From positions 3,497-67,496 of the forward strand of contig DCLA01000020.1 of the NCBI GenBank assembly GCA_002320815.1: 64,000 nt of DNA, given 5' to 3'. Positions 40,032 through 50,310 of this stretch are shown here, in pieces. The stretch comes from Myxococcales bacterium UBA1660. GTDB lineage: Bacteria > Myxococcota_A > Polyangia > Polyangiales > Houyiibacteriaceae. A model generated the notes under the pieces. The model saw nothing but the letters and a program-made list of their open reading frames with translations, did no database searches and was not told where the DNA came from. The position numbers and the translations under genes are program-made. Position 1 is the stretch's first letter. Each line of letters starts with the position of its first letter.

Positions 40032-40295
40032 GTCGACTCCTTGTGTTTCACCAACTTCTAACGCACTACCAGCAACATGTGACAACATCAAAGCAATTAA
40101 ACAGAGACCACCCACTCGAGTGACACAAGAGAACTCCGGATTCCACCCAAACGCGGAGACTGGCAACCCCGAGGGTGGCGACCGCCGGCGGATGGCGGCC
40201 CCGACCCGCCGATTCCGCCACTCGTTGCCCATCGCCGGCCGAAATTGCCCAAGGGTTCGCCCCACGCACGGGCGGCACGAGTCCTGCTCTTACGG

Positions 40296-42548
40296 ATGGC
40301 CATGCTGGTGGTCGTCACCCTCGCCTTCGTCCTCGGCCTGGTGGTCGCCCCCCACCTCGCCGCCCTCGCTTGGCCCGCCGGGGTCGCTCTCGGGGTGGCC
40401 GCCCTCCTCGGCTACGTGGGCCGGCGAGCTCAGGCCCGGTCCTGGGCCGCGCCGCTGGTGGTCGCGGCGCTCGGCGCCGGTCTGGTCGCCGGCCCCCGGG
40501 AGGTCGTCCGCACCGTCCCCGCGGGCACCGCGCGTTTGGTCGGCGTGGTGGAGACCGCCCGCCTCGGCCGCGACGGCGACGTGCGCGTGGAGTCGGCGCG
40601 CTTCCTCGATGGCGCCGGGATAGTCCCCGCCGGCGCGCGGGTGCGCATCGACGACCTCGGGGTCGCCCCCGGGACCCGGATCGAGGCGCTGGTGGACCTC
40701 GCGCCGGCGCAGGGCTTCCACAACCCCTCGCCCCACCCCGCCTGGCTCGACGGACGCCGCATCGACGCCCACGGGACCCTGGCCGCGCCGGCCCGCACCC
40801 TGGACCCGGCGCGGCTCGGCGGGATCCTCTTCCGGGCTCGGGAAAGCCTGCGCCGCCGGCTGGACGCGACGCTCCCCCCGCGGGCCGCGGGGATCGCGCG
40901 CGCGCTCTTGCTCGGCGACGGCGCCGCGGTCGCGCGCGCCGACCGCGCGTCGGTGCAGCGCGCGGGCCTCGCGCATCTGCTGGCGGTGTCCGGGCTCCAC
41001 GTGGCGCTGGTGGTCGGCGCCTTCTTCCTGGGGCTGCGCGCCCTGCTCCGGCGGCGGGGTCGCCGGGAGCCGGAGCGGCTGGCCGCCGCCGCGGCCATCC
41101 CGGTGGCGCTGGGCTTCGCCCTGATGGCCGGCGGCGCCCCCAGCGCGTGGCGCGCGGCGGGGATGGCCGCCCTCGGCCTCGGCGCCGTGGTCCTCCGGCG
41201 ACGCCCCCGGGGCGCGGCCATCGCCGCGCTGGCGGTGGCGCTCTATGCCTTGGCGCGCCCCGGAGACGGGCCCCGGCCGGGCTTCCTCCTCTCTGTACTG
41301 GCCACTGCGGCGATCGTCGCCTTCCCGGTCCCGCGCGAGGGCCTCCGCGCGGCGTGGGTGGTGAGCCTCCGGACCACGGTGGCCACCGCGCCCCTGGTGG
41401 TGTGGTGCTTCCTCTCGCTGCCGCCGCTGGGGATCCTGGCCAACGTCGTCTTGGTCCCCGTCGCGGTGCTCGCGCTGGTGCCCCTGGCCTTCGTGCACGC
41501 GCTCTGCGCCGGCGTGGGGCTCGGCGAGGTGAGCGCGCCCCTCTTCGTGGTCTGCTCCGACGGTCTCGTCGGCGCCGCGGAGCTCTTCGGCGCCGGCAGC
41601 GGCGAGCTCCCGCCGCCCGACCTGGTCCAAGGCGCGCTGATCACCGTGCTCGCCTTCGGGCTCCTGGCGCTCCGGGGAGTCCGCGCGCGCCTGGTCCTCG
41701 CCGCCGTCGGCGTGCTGCTCCTCGCGGGCGCCGAGCTCCACCTGCGGCATCGGGAACGACCCCGGGACCGACTGCGCATCACCATGCTCGACGTGGGCCA
41801 AGGGGACGGCGCGCTGGTCGACCTCCCCGACGGGCGCCTCTTGCTCGTCGACGCGGGGGGCGGACGCCCCGATCCCGGCGCCCGGGCCATGGTCCCGCTC
41901 TTGCGCGCCCGCCGACGCGACCGGGTGGACCTGGCGATCCTCACCCACCCGCACCCGGATCACTACGGCGGCCTCCGGGCCATCCGGGAGGCCGTGCCCA
42001 TCCGCGAGCTCTGGGACTCGGGTCAGGCCGACGCGGAGAGCCCCCATGGCCCGGTGGCGCGGATGCTCCGACGGATGCGTCGCGGATCCCGCGTGCGCTC
42101 GGCGGCCGAGGTCTGCGGACGTCCGCACCGCCTGGGTGAGGTGCGCCTGGAGGTCCTCTGGCCCTGCCCGGGCTACGACGCCGGCTACGACCCCAACGAC
42201 AACTCGCTGGTCGTGCGCCTCACCTACGGGTCGCGGCGCTTCCTCTTCACCGGGGACGTCGAGCGGCTCGCCGAAGCCCAGCTGGCCGGCGTCGACGTCG
42301 CCGCCGACTGGCTCAAGGTCCCCCACCACGGGTCCCGGACCTCGTCCACCGACGCCTTCCTGGACGCGGTGAATCCGCGGCTGGCCGCGGTGAGCTGCGG
42401 GAGGCAGAACCGCTTCGGCCACCCGCACCCCGAGGTCGCCGCGCGTTACGCCGCGCGCGGCATCCCGCTCTTCCGCACCGACCGGGAGGGCGGCCTCGTC
42501 TTCGAGAGCGACGGCCGGGTCATCCGCGCCCGCACCACCCTACCCTGA
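40296..42548 (+). CDS. comEC: ComEC/Rec2 DNA uptake channel with metallo-beta-lactamase domain
   Basis: HLLAVSGLHV, PSAWRAA, LDVGQGD, THPHPDHYGG, NDNSLV, KVPHHGS, NRFGHP. Confidence 0.93.
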   Translation: MAMLVVVTLAFVLGLVVAPHLAALAWPAGVALGVAALLGYVGRRAQARSWAAPLVVAALGAGLVAGPREVVRTVPAGTARLVGVVETARLGRDGDVRVESARFLDGAGIVPAGARVRIDDLGVAPGTRIEALVDLAPAQGFHNPSPHPAWLDGRRIDAHGTLAAPARTLDPARLGGILFRARESLRRRLDATLPPRAAGIARALLLGDGAAVARADRASVQRAGLAHLLAVSGLHVALVVGAFFLGLRALLRRRGRREPERLAAAAAIPVALGFALMAGGAPSAWRAAGMAALGLGAVVLRRRPRGAAIAALAVALYALARPGDGPRPGFLLSVLATAAIVAFPVPREGLRAAWVVSLRTTVATAPLVVWCFLSLPPLGILANVVLVPVAVLALVPLAFVHALCAGVGLGEVSAPLFVVCSDGLVGAAELFGAGSGELPPPDLVQGALITVLAFGLLALRGVRARLVLAAVGVLLLAGAELHLRHRERPRDRLRITMLDVGQGDGALVDLPDGRLLLVDAGGGRPDPGARAMVPLLRARRRDRVDLAILTHPHPDHYGGLRAIREAVPIRELWDSGQADAESPHGPVARMLRRMRRGSRVRSAAEVCGRPHRLGEVRLEVLWPCPGYDAGYDPNDNSLVVRLTYGSRRFLFTGDVERLAEAQLAGVDVAADWLKVPHHGSRTSSTDAFLDAVNPRLAAVSCGRQNRFGHPHPEVAARYAARGIPLFRTDREGGLVFESDGRVIRARTTLP

Positions 42549-42551
42549 GGA

Positions 42552-43022
42552 TCAGTTCTCGCGGCAGCCGCCGAAGTGGAGCTCGGCGGTCGCGCTCGCC
42601 GGGGACGGGCCCTCCAGGGTGCAGTCGAGCTCCACGGCGGCGACGTCGTCGTCGCGGTACAGGAGGCCGATGGAGCACGCCTCGCCCTCGGTGGCGCCGA
42701 AGGTGGCGTCGCCGAGCTGGGCGGTGACCGTGGCCACGCCCTCCGCGGGGACGTCGACCTCGAAGCGGTACAGGCCCACGCCTTCGGGGGGCGCGCCGGG
42801 CGCCTGGAGGAGAAAGCTGGCGCCCGCATCGTCGAGGACGCACTTGCCGGCCATGCGGGTCTCGCTGTCCTCGTAGCCGAGGTCCACCAGCTTGGTGGTC
42901 TCGACGAACTCGAAGCCGGTGGGGGTGCCGTCGGCGTCGATGGCCACGTCGCCCCGGACGGTGAGCCCGTCATCGGCGCAGGCGAAGGCGAGGAGCAGGG
43001 AGGCGAGGAGGGCGTGGCGCAT
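42552..43022 (-). CDS. Hypothetical lipoprotein
   Basis: MRHALLASLLLAFAC lipobox; SD GAAGGA. Confidence 0.7.
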   Translation of the reverse strand: MRHALLASLLLAFACADDGLTVRGDVAIDADGTPTGFEFVETTKLVDLGYEDSETRMAGKCVLDDAGASFLLQAPGAPPEGVGLYRFEVDVPAEGVATVTAQLGDATFGATEGEACSIGLLYRDDDVAAVELDCTLEGPSPASATAELHFGGCREN

Positions 43023-43049
43023 GGTGGAATCCTTCACGCGGAAGGATAC

Positions 43050-43065
43050 AGCGAAGACCGTGCCA
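43050..43065 (-). promoter_or_regulatory. sigma54 promoter TGGCACGGTCTTCGCT
   Basis: GG-N10-GC spacing with a perfect TGGCACG -24 element, 28 nt upstream of the lipoprotein ATG. Confidence 0.7.
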
Positions 43066-43184
43066 CGCATGAAATCATTGCCGAATCAGAGATTCACGGT
43101 GCCGAGGGGGGGGCCCGAGCCGCGAACGGCCGTTCACGGCGCGGGCGGCCACGCCCCACCCGGCAACGAAGCCAACCCGTCGAC

Positions 43185-43610
43185 TCAGCCCATCAGGAGC
43201 GGCCCGGCGAGCGCCAGGACCACGTTGAGGACCGCCAGGACCACGATGACGATCCCGAAGGTGCGCAAGGTCCCCGGCTTCACCTCTTCACCCTGGGCCG
43301 CGCGGCGCAGCTTTCCGCTGAGCACCCCGGTGAGGGCGGCCACCACCAAGGCGATGGTGATCTTGCCGTGCATCCACCCCGCGCGGAGGTACCCATCGAG
43401 GTGCAGCGCGAACATGGCGAGGCCCCCGAGCCACGCGAGGACCATGCCCGGGGTGGCCACCTTCAACGCGACGCTCCGGGCGACGGTGGCCAGCGAACGC
43501 CGGGCCTCGCCCTCCGCCGCGGCCGCCACCAGGGCGACGCTGAGCGCGCCGCCGATCCAGAGCACCACGCCCACGATGTGCGCGATGCGCAGCCAGACGT
43601 CCACGGTCAC
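43185..43610 (-). CDS. Small membrane protein, HemJ/CopD-like
   Basis: WLRIAHIVGVVLWIGG, GWMHGK, four TM segments. Confidence 0.6.
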   Translation of the reverse strand: MTVDVWLRIAHIVGVVLWIGGALSVALVAAAAEGEARRSLATVARSVALKVATPGMVLAWLGGLAMFALHLDGYLRAGWMHGKITIALVVAALTGVLSGKLRRAAQGEEVKPGTLRTFGIVIVVLAVLNVVLALAGPLLMG

Positions 43611-44749
43611 TGATCACCTCCGATGGGTCGCTCGTAGATGCGGTAGGTCTTGTAGACCTTCCCGCGCATGGCCTTGATGCCGAGGTTGATCGGCCGGTTG
43701 TCCTCGAGGGTCCAGCTCAGCTCGGCCCACTCGTAGCCGTACTGGATGCCGCGATAGGCCAGCTCCGCGTACATGGCGGTGCTGAGCCCGCCATAGCGCT
43801 TGATGCCGCGCATCTTCTGCTTGATGCCCAAGAGCATCAGCCGAGCCGACTTGGGCTTCTGCACCTTCAGACGCCAGAGCAGCTTGGCCCAACCGAAGGG
43901 CAGGAGGCGCCCGTTCAAGTCGTGGATCATGTCCGGCAGGTTGGGCAGGCAGATCACCATGCCCACCGGCTCGCCCTTCACCTCGACGAAGAAGGCCAGC
44001 CGCTCGTCGATGATGAGCTTCATGTCCTCGGCCATCTTGTCGACCTCGGACTCGGTGGTGGGCACGAAGCCCCAGTTGTTGGCCCAGGCGTCGTTGAAGA
44101 TCTCCAGGACGATCCCCAGCTCCTCGCGCATGCGGCTCTTGTCCACGCTGCGGAAGCGCACCTCGGGCAAGGCGCTCATCATCTCGTGGGCCCGAGCGGC
44201 GCGCTTGGGGGGCTCGGCCACTTCGTAGCGCCAGGCCCAGAGGTCCTTGACCTTCTCCAGCCCCGCGCCCTCGGCGAGCTTCTGCTGGTAGGGGCGGTCG
44301 TGGCCCATGGCGAGGGCCGGCGGGGTGTCGAAGCCGTCGACCAGGAGCCCCGCCTCTTCCCAGATGTAGAGGCTCAGCGGCCCGCGCATCGTGGTCATCT
44401 CGCGGGCGGCGAGCCAACGCTCGGCCCGCTCGAGCAGGGCGTCGGCGACCTCCTGGTCGTCGATGGTGTCGAAGAAGCCGAAGAACCCGGCGCCGTCCTG
44501 GTGGATGCGCAGGTGCTCCCGATCGATCTGCGCCGAGATCCGCCCGACGAGCTTCCCGTCCTTCCAGGCGGTGAAGAGCGCCCCCTCGGCGTGCTCCCAG
44601 AAAGGATTCTTCCCCGGGGTGAGGCGGTCCTTCAGCTCCATCTGGAGCGGCGGGACGTAGGTGGGGTCATCGCCGTAGACGATGTCCGACACCCGCAGGA
44701 AGTCGCCCAGGTCGGCCCCGGGCGCGTGCTGCCGGATCTCGATGGTCAA
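43607..44749 (-). CDS. GNAT-family N-acetyltransferase (YghO-like)
   Basis: LVGRISAQID, GFFGFFD, GLLVDGFD, ELSWTLEDN..YKTYRIY. Confidence 0.8.
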   Translation of the reverse strand: MTIEIRQHAPGADLGDFLRVSDIVYGDDPTYVPPLQMELKDRLTPGKNPFWEHAEGALFTAWKDGKLVGRISAQIDREHLRIHQDGAGFFGFFDTIDDQEVADALLERAERWLAAREMTTMRGPLSLYIWEEAGLLVDGFDTPPALAMGHDRPYQQKLAEGAGLEKVKDLWAWRYEVAEPPKRAARAHEMMSALPEVRFRSVDKSRMREELGIVLEIFNDAWANNWGFVPTTESEVDKMAEDMKLIIDERLAFFVEVKGEPVGMVICLPNLPDMIHDLNGRLLPFGWAKLLWRLKVQKPKSARLMLLGIKQKMRGIKRYGGLSTAMYAELAYRGIQYGYEWAELSWTLEDNRPINLGIKAMRGKVYKTYRIYERPIGGDQ

Positions 44750-44789
44750 AGGTTCGGCCTCGTCGTCGTTCGCAAAGGGGACCCGCGGC

Positions 44790-46184
44790 TCACTTGGGGG
44801 TCGGGTGGGTCATGTCCTTGGGCGTGACCGCGGCGTCGAACTCCTCACCGGTCATGAAGCCCAGGTCCTGCACCGACTCGCGGAGCGTGATGTCCTTCTG
44901 GAAGGCGTTCTTGGCCACCTTGGCGGCCTTGTCGTAGCCGATGTGCGGGTTCAGGGCGGTGACCAGCATGAGCGAGCCGTGGAGGTTCTTCTCGATGGTC
45001 TTGGTCACCGGCTCCAGCCCCCGGACGCAGCGCTCCTCGAAGGAGGCGCAGGCGTCGCCGAGGAGGCGCACCGAGTGCAGGAGCGCGTTGGCCATGACCG
45101 GCTTGTAGACGTTGAGCTCGAAGTTGCCCTGGCTGCCGGCGAAGCCGACGGTGGCGTCGTTCCCGAAGACCTGGCAGCAGACCATGGTCAGCGCCTCGCA
45201 CTGGGTCGGGTTCACCTTGCCGGGCATGATGGAGCTGCCCGGCTCGTTCTCGGGGATGCGGATCTCCCCGATGCCGCAGCGCGGTCCGGAGGCGAGCCAG
45301 CGGACGTCGTTGGCGATCTTCATGCACGCCGCCGCGAGCTGCTTCACCGCGCCGTGGGTCCCCACGAAGGCGTCGTGGGCCGCCAGGGCGGCGAACTTGT
45401 TGGGCGCGGTCACGAAGGCGTGGCCGGTGAGCTCGCCGATGACCTCGGCCACGCGCTCGGCGTAGCCCTCCACCGTGTTGAGCCCGGTGCCGACCGCGGT
45501 GCCGCCGAGGGCCAGCTCGTAGAGCTGGGGCAGCGTGTTCTGGATGGCCCGCATGGCGTGGTCGAGCTGCGAGACCCAACCGCTGATCTCCTGGCCCAGG
45601 GTCAGCGGGGTGGCGTCCTGCAGGTGGGTACGGCCGATCTTGACGATGTCGGTGAAGGCCTTGGCCTTCTCGTCCAGGGTGTCCCGGAGGACCTTCACCT
45701 TGGGGATCATCTCGGCGATGGCCACGACCGCCGCGATGTGCATCGCGGTGGGGAAGGTGTCGTTGCTCGACTGGGAGCGGTTGACGTGGTCGTTGGGGTG
45801 GACCGGCGCCTTACTGCCCATCTCGCCCCCGGCGATCTCGATCGCGCGGTTCGAGATGACCTCGTTGACGTTCATGTTCGACTGGGTGCCCGACCCGGTC
45901 TGCCAGACCACCAGGGGGAAGTGGTCGTCGAGCTTCCCGGCGATGACCTCGTCGGCGGCCTTCACGATGAGGTCGCAGATCTCCGGCTCCAGGTTGCCCA
46001 GCTCGCGGTTGGTCAGCGCCGCGGCCTTCTTGAGCACACCGAAGGCGCGGACGACCTCCAGGGGCATGCGGTCGTCGCCGATGGGGAAGTTCATCTTCGA
46101 GCGGGCCGTTTGCGCCCCGTAGTACCGATCCTTCGGCACCTCGATCTCACCCATGGAGTCCTTCTCGATCCGTACGTCGCTCAT
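44790..46184 (-). CDS. fumC: Class II fumarate hydratase
   Basis: [47 protein letters not shown]. Confidence 0.98.
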   Translation of the reverse strand: MSDVRIEKDSMGEIEVPKDRYYGAQTARSKMNFPIGDDRMPLEVVRAFGVLKKAAALTNRELGNLEPEICDLIVKAADEVIAGKLDDHFPLVVWQTGSGTQSNMNVNEVISNRAIEIAGGEMGSKAPVHPNDHVNRSQSSNDTFPTAMHIAAVVAIAEMIPKVKVLRDTLDEKAKAFTDIVKIGRTHLQDATPLTLGQEISGWVSQLDHAMRAIQNTLPQLYELALGGTAVGTGLNTVEGYAERVAEVIGELTGHAFVTAPNKFAALAAHDAFVGTHGAVKQLAAACMKIANDVRWLASGPRCGIGEIRIPENEPGSSIMPGKVNPTQCEALTMVCCQVFGNDATVGFAGSQGNFELNVYKPVMANALLHSVRLLGDACASFEERCVRGLEPVTKTIEKNLHGSLMLVTALNPHIGYDKAAKVAKNAFQKDITLRESVQDLGFMTGEEFDAAVTPKDMTHPTPK

Positions 46185-46287
46185 CGCTGGCATGACCTCC
46201 TGGGCCGCGGCTTACCGCAGGTGGGGGCCGCGGTCCAACGCGCTCGCTTTTCTCGACTTTCGGAGGCCATCGTCTATCTCTGGCCCC

Positions 46288-48990
46288 ATGGCCGGCCTCC
46301 GCCGAACGCTCCCCCTCCTCCTCGCTCTGCTCGCCTTCGCCCCGGTGGCCGAGGCCCAGGACCTGCGCGCCCAGCTCCAGGCGCTCCGGGCGGACCGGCC
46401 CGCCGGGATCCCCGAGGGCACGCTCGTCTCCATCGAGCACCTCCTGGACACCGCGGACCGCATCGAGACCCGCGACTTCGGGGACGAAGCGGCCTCCTGG
46501 CGCCGCCGGGCCGAGCGCTATCTCACGCTCGCCGCCCGGGGCACGGACCCCTACCCCCTGGCCAAGAACGAGATCGTCAACCGCGGCTACCGCTCCGTGG
46601 TCAGCGAGCGGCTCCAGGGGTACGCCATCTACGTCCCCCCGGACTACGACCCCACCAAGTCCTACCCGCTTTACATCGCCCTCCACGGGGGCTCGTCCAA
46701 CGGGAACCTCTTCGTCGGCGTGGTGCTGGGGAACAACATGGACTGGCTGACCTACGACGAGCACCTCTACGACGACTACGTGCCGCGCTGGTCGCCCGAG
46801 TGGATCGTCGTCGCCCCCACCGGCTTCGGGCAGATCATGTGGCGCTGGATGGGCGAGAAAGACGTCCTCGACGTGCTCGACGACGTGCAGCGGCACTACG
46901 CGGTGGACCCCGACCGAGTGGTGCTCGGCGGCCTCAGCAACGGCGGCGTGGGCGCCTACGCCATCGGCATGCGGCACGCCTGGCGCTTCGCGATGGTCCA
47001 GGCGATGGCCGGCGCGCCGAGCTGGGAGCAGTACCTGGGCGGCCGAATGGAGACCGCCGAGCGGCGGGTGGTGCGGCCCTGGAGCGGCATGCACCTGGCC
47101 CAGAACTCGGTGAACACCACCTTCCACTACTACCACGGTCGCACCGACACCGGGCCCATGCGGCCGCGCTACATCGAGGAGTTCACGCGGCACCTGCGGG
47201 GGCTCGACGACGTGCCGGTCAACGAGACCTGGTTCGACGCCGGGCACGACATCCTCTACCGGGTCCATCGGCACGGCCGCATCTACGACCGGCTCGACGC
47301 CACCCGGGACCCGCGACCGGCCGAGGTCCGGGTGGCGACCGGGGACTACCGCGCCGCGCGCCAGCACTGGCTGACGGTGACGCGCATCCGGGACTACCCG
47401 CAGATGGTCGAGATCCGCGGCGCGGTGGCGGGCTCCACGCTGAACCTCACCGACGCCCCGGGCGTGGACGCGGTCAGCCTGGAGATGGCCGACGTGCCGC
47501 TGCCCGCGGGGGACGTGACGGTGAAGGTGGGCCAGGCCGAGGTCTACTCCGGGCCCCGGGCGGCCCTGGGCACCCGGCTCCATCTGACCCGCACCGCCGG
47601 CGGCTGGCGCACCGGCTTCCCGCCCACCGACGGCCTCCGGAAGCGCCCCGGCCTCAGCGGGCCGGTCAGCGACGCCTACTTCGGGCGCATGATCCACGTC
47701 TACGGGACCCGGAACGCCGAGCACACCGAGGACCTCCGGGAGGCCGCCCAGCGGGGCGCCCGGGGTTGGCCCCTGTGGTCCTGGGATCTCAGCCAGCAGG
47801 TGGTCGCCGACACCGAGCTGACCGACGCCATGATGGCCCAGGCCCACGTGGTCCTCTACGGCTCGCCGGGCGACAACGCCGTGCTCGAGCGGATCGCCGG
47901 CGCCCTGCCCATCCGCGTCGAACCCGGCGCGGTCGTCGTGGGCTCGGAGCGCTACGAGGGCGCCGACGTGGGGGTGCGCTTCATCCACCCCAACCCGCTG
48001 GCGCCGCAGCGCTACGTGATCGTCCAGGCGGGCGTGACGCCCCGCGCGGTGAAGAAGGGCAACGAGCTCCCGGAGTTCGTCCCCGACTACCTGGTCTGGG
48101 ACGACCGGACCGTGAGCGGGCCCCAGCGGCGGGTCACCGGGCCCAAGCCGGTCCGCGCGATGGGCTTCTTCGACGACCGGTGGCAGCTCCCCGGCCGGGA
48201 GCGCGCGGCGGCCGAAGGCGCCGGCCCCGACCAGCTCGACGCCGAGGCCGAGACCCCGGAGCCCTCGTTGCCCATCCCGGCCGCCCCCGCGGTCCCCGCC
48301 GCGCCCCGACGCTTTCGGGCCCCGGCCAGCGACCAGGCCGGCCAGGCGGCGCGCCGCATCGCCCGGCTGGTCCCCACCTTCGAGAACTATCGGGCCACCA
48401 TCGGCGGCGCCGAGTGGCGGGTGAAGCGGGCGGCCGAGTGGTCCATCGGACCCACCGACGAGTGCCTCGCCGAGCTGGCCGACACCGGCATCCCGGCCCG
48501 GGCGCGGCCGGAGCCCCACCCCCTCACGCCCAGCGCGGTGGAGATCCTCGGTCCGGTCGACGGCGTGTGGTTCCGGATGACCCACGAGGAGCAACCCTTC
48601 GTGGTGAGCTGCGAGCTGGCGAAGCGGATCCCGGCCATCGTCGCCATCCTGAAGGAGCACGGCGTCCACGGAGTGGAGGTGCTGAGCGCCCACCGCACCT
48701 ACCCGCGGACCAGCTTCCACCGCATGGGCCTCGCGCTGGACCTGATGCGCTTCTGGACCGACGACGGCTGGCTCTCGGTCCAGGAGCACTACGAGGCCAC
48801 CCCGATGCAGGCGACCTGCGGCGGCCCCCGACCGCGGGATCCCCGCGCGCGCACCCTCCGCGCCATCGGCTGCGCTCTCTGGGAGACCGAAGGCTTCGCC
48901 AGCGTGCTCACCCCCAACTACAACGAGGGGCACCGGGACCACTTCCACCTGGACATCCGGCCCGACGATCCTCGGCTCTTCTTGCGCTGA
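46288..48990 (+). CDS. Secreted alpha/beta-hydrolase fused to a C-terminal extensin-like (Zn DD-peptidase clan) domain
   Basis: Signal peptide; LYIALHG, GLSNG nucleophile elbow; C-terminal SCELAKR..SFHRMGLALD..YNEGHRDHFHLD. Confidence 0.75.
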   Translation: MAGLRRTLPLLLALLAFAPVAEAQDLRAQLQALRADRPAGIPEGTLVSIEHLLDTADRIETRDFGDEAASWRRRAERYLTLAARGTDPYPLAKNEIVNRGYRSVVSERLQGYAIYVPPDYDPTKSYPLYIALHGGSSNGNLFVGVVLGNNMDWLTYDEHLYDDYVPRWSPEWIVVAPTGFGQIMWRWMGEKDVLDVLDDVQRHYAVDPDRVVLGGLSNGGVGAYAIGMRHAWRFAMVQAMAGAPSWEQYLGGRMETAERRVVRPWSGMHLAQNSVNTTFHYYHGRTDTGPMRPRYIEEFTRHLRGLDDVPVNETWFDAGHDILYRVHRHGRIYDRLDATRDPRPAEVRVATGDYRAARQHWLTVTRIRDYPQMVEIRGAVAGSTLNLTDAPGVDAVSLEMADVPLPAGDVTVKVGQAEVYSGPRAALGTRLHLTRTAGGWRTGFPPTDGLRKRPGLSGPVSDAYFGRMIHVYGTRNAEHTEDLREAAQRGARGWPLWSWDLSQQVVADTELTDAMMAQAHVVLYGSPGDNAVLERIAGALPIRVEPGAVVVGSERYEGADVGVRFIHPNPLAPQRYVIVQAGVTPRAVKKGNELPEFVPDYLVWDDRTVSGPQRRVTGPKPVRAMGFFDDRWQLPGRERAAAEGAGPDQLDAEAETPEPSLPIPAAPAVPAAPRRFRAPASDQAGQAARRIARLVPTFENYRATIGGAEWRVKRAAEWSIGPTDECLAELADTGIPARARPEPHPLTPSAVEILGPVDGVWFRMTHEEQPFVVSCELAKRIPAIVAILKEHGVHGVEVLSAHRTYPRTSFHRMGLALDLMRFWTDDGWLSVQEHYEATPMQATCGGPRPRDPRARTLRAIGCALWETEGFASVLTPNYNEGHRDHFHLDIRPDDPRLFLR

Positions 48991-49033
48991 AGAGTCTTTG
49001 CGCTTCGGCGCAGGACCGGTACAACGCCCGCCG

Positions 49034-50233
49034 ATGAAGGACGAGACCCGCGAAGCCCTCGAGGCCCTGCGTTCGGCGCTCCAGCTGGACACCGACCTGG
49101 GGGAGGACCCGGTCCAGGCCCTGCGAGCCCTGGCCGCCGACGCCGACGCGATCACCGCGCGCACCTTCGAAGGCGACCCCTACGCCGCCCTGGTGCTGGC
49201 CGACGCCCCGGGCTCGGCCGAGCTCGAGGTCGCCGCCCGCGTCTCCGGACTGGTCCCCTTCGCCACCGAGTGGTGGCAACACACCGTGTTCTACGTGGAC
49301 CAGACCGAGGACCCCGAGGGGAACCACCGGGTCTACGTCCGCGACGAGGACTCGCTGCCGGGCCTGCCCGAGTTCTCGCTGCCTTCCGTCGCCGCGCTGG
49401 CGCGGGGCTGGGCCCAGGCCGCCGGCGGCGACACCGAGGTCGCCTGGGAGCGCCTGGTGGACGACGATTGGGAAGAGGGCCCGACCTCCGGCTCCTTCGT
49501 CCTCGAGACCATGGTGCGCGGCTCGCTCTCGTCCCAGTGGGCGATGGCCGGCGTGGGGGCCTTCATGCCTTCCCGGCCCGAGCTCGCCGATCAGCCGCTG
49601 CCCGTGGGCGCCGACGCCCCCGGCCGGACCCTCTGCCTCCACGCGCTGCGCGTGGTGCGCCTCGCCGGCGAGCTCCCGCTGCCCCAGGACCTGGTCCTGG
49701 CCGCCCTGGCGCCGGAGCACCGGGAATACCTCGAGCACCTCAAGGAGCTCGAGGGCGCCTTCACCGGCGAAGAGCCGCCGGTGGTGGTCGCCGCGTCCAA
49801 GAGCGGCCCCGCGCCGACCAAGAAGGCCGCCAAGGCTTGGCTGAAGAGCTTCGCCGCCATCGAGGTGGCTCCCGAGCCGATGGACCCGCTGGCCGCGCTC
49901 CTCAGCGAGCTGGGCGGCGCCGGCGGCCTCGGTGACGCCCTCGACCTCGAGGACGAGGAGGACGAGAAGCCCGCCGAGCTGACCACCTTCGAGAAGCGGC
50001 TTCGCAACGGAGTCGACGAGGTGATCGCCAGCATGGAAGAGAACGGCGAGCTCGAGGTCATCCGCCGCGACATGCTCCTCGACGAGCTCACCCGGGTGGC
50101 CGAGGACGCACGCAGCCCCAAGCACCTCTTGAAGAAGCTGGTCTACGCCCTCGTGGAGTCCGAGGCGGTCGAGGAGATCTACGTCACCGACGACCAGATC
50201 CACGACGCCTTCAAGGCCAAGCTGGGCCTCTGA
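49034..50233 (+). CDS. Hypothetical acidic multi-domain protein
   Basis: Coding-like ORF; N-terminal VFYVDQ..RVYVRDED beta region, acidic linker, helical C-terminal domain. Confidence 0.7.
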   Translation: MKDETREALEALRSALQLDTDLGEDPVQALRALAADADAITARTFEGDPYAALVLADAPGSAELEVAARVSGLVPFATEWWQHTVFYVDQTEDPEGNHRVYVRDEDSLPGLPEFSLPSVAALARGWAQAAGGDTEVAWERLVDDDWEEGPTSGSFVLETMVRGSLSSQWAMAGVGAFMPSRPELADQPLPVGADAPGRTLCLHALRVVRLAGELPLPQDLVLAALAPEHREYLEHLKELEGAFTGEEPPVVVAASKSGPAPTKKAAKAWLKSFAAIEVAPEPMDPLAALLSELGGAGGLGDALDLEDEEDEKPAELTTFEKRLRNGVDEVIASMEENGELEVIRRDMLLDELTRVAEDARSPKHLLKKLVYALVESEAVEEIYVTDDQIHDAFKAKLGL

Positions 50234-50310
50234 CCGGCTCCGGCGACGGCGCGTCGTCGGGCTCCGTAGAAAACTTGGTCGCCACGCCTACGGCGTGCGA
50301 CGGCCGAGGT

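Noticed and set aside
39041-40245. Integrative element or prophage at tRNA-Arg
   Set aside because: No integrase and no duplicated tRNA 3' end; the foreign segment is on the 5' side and under 1 kb
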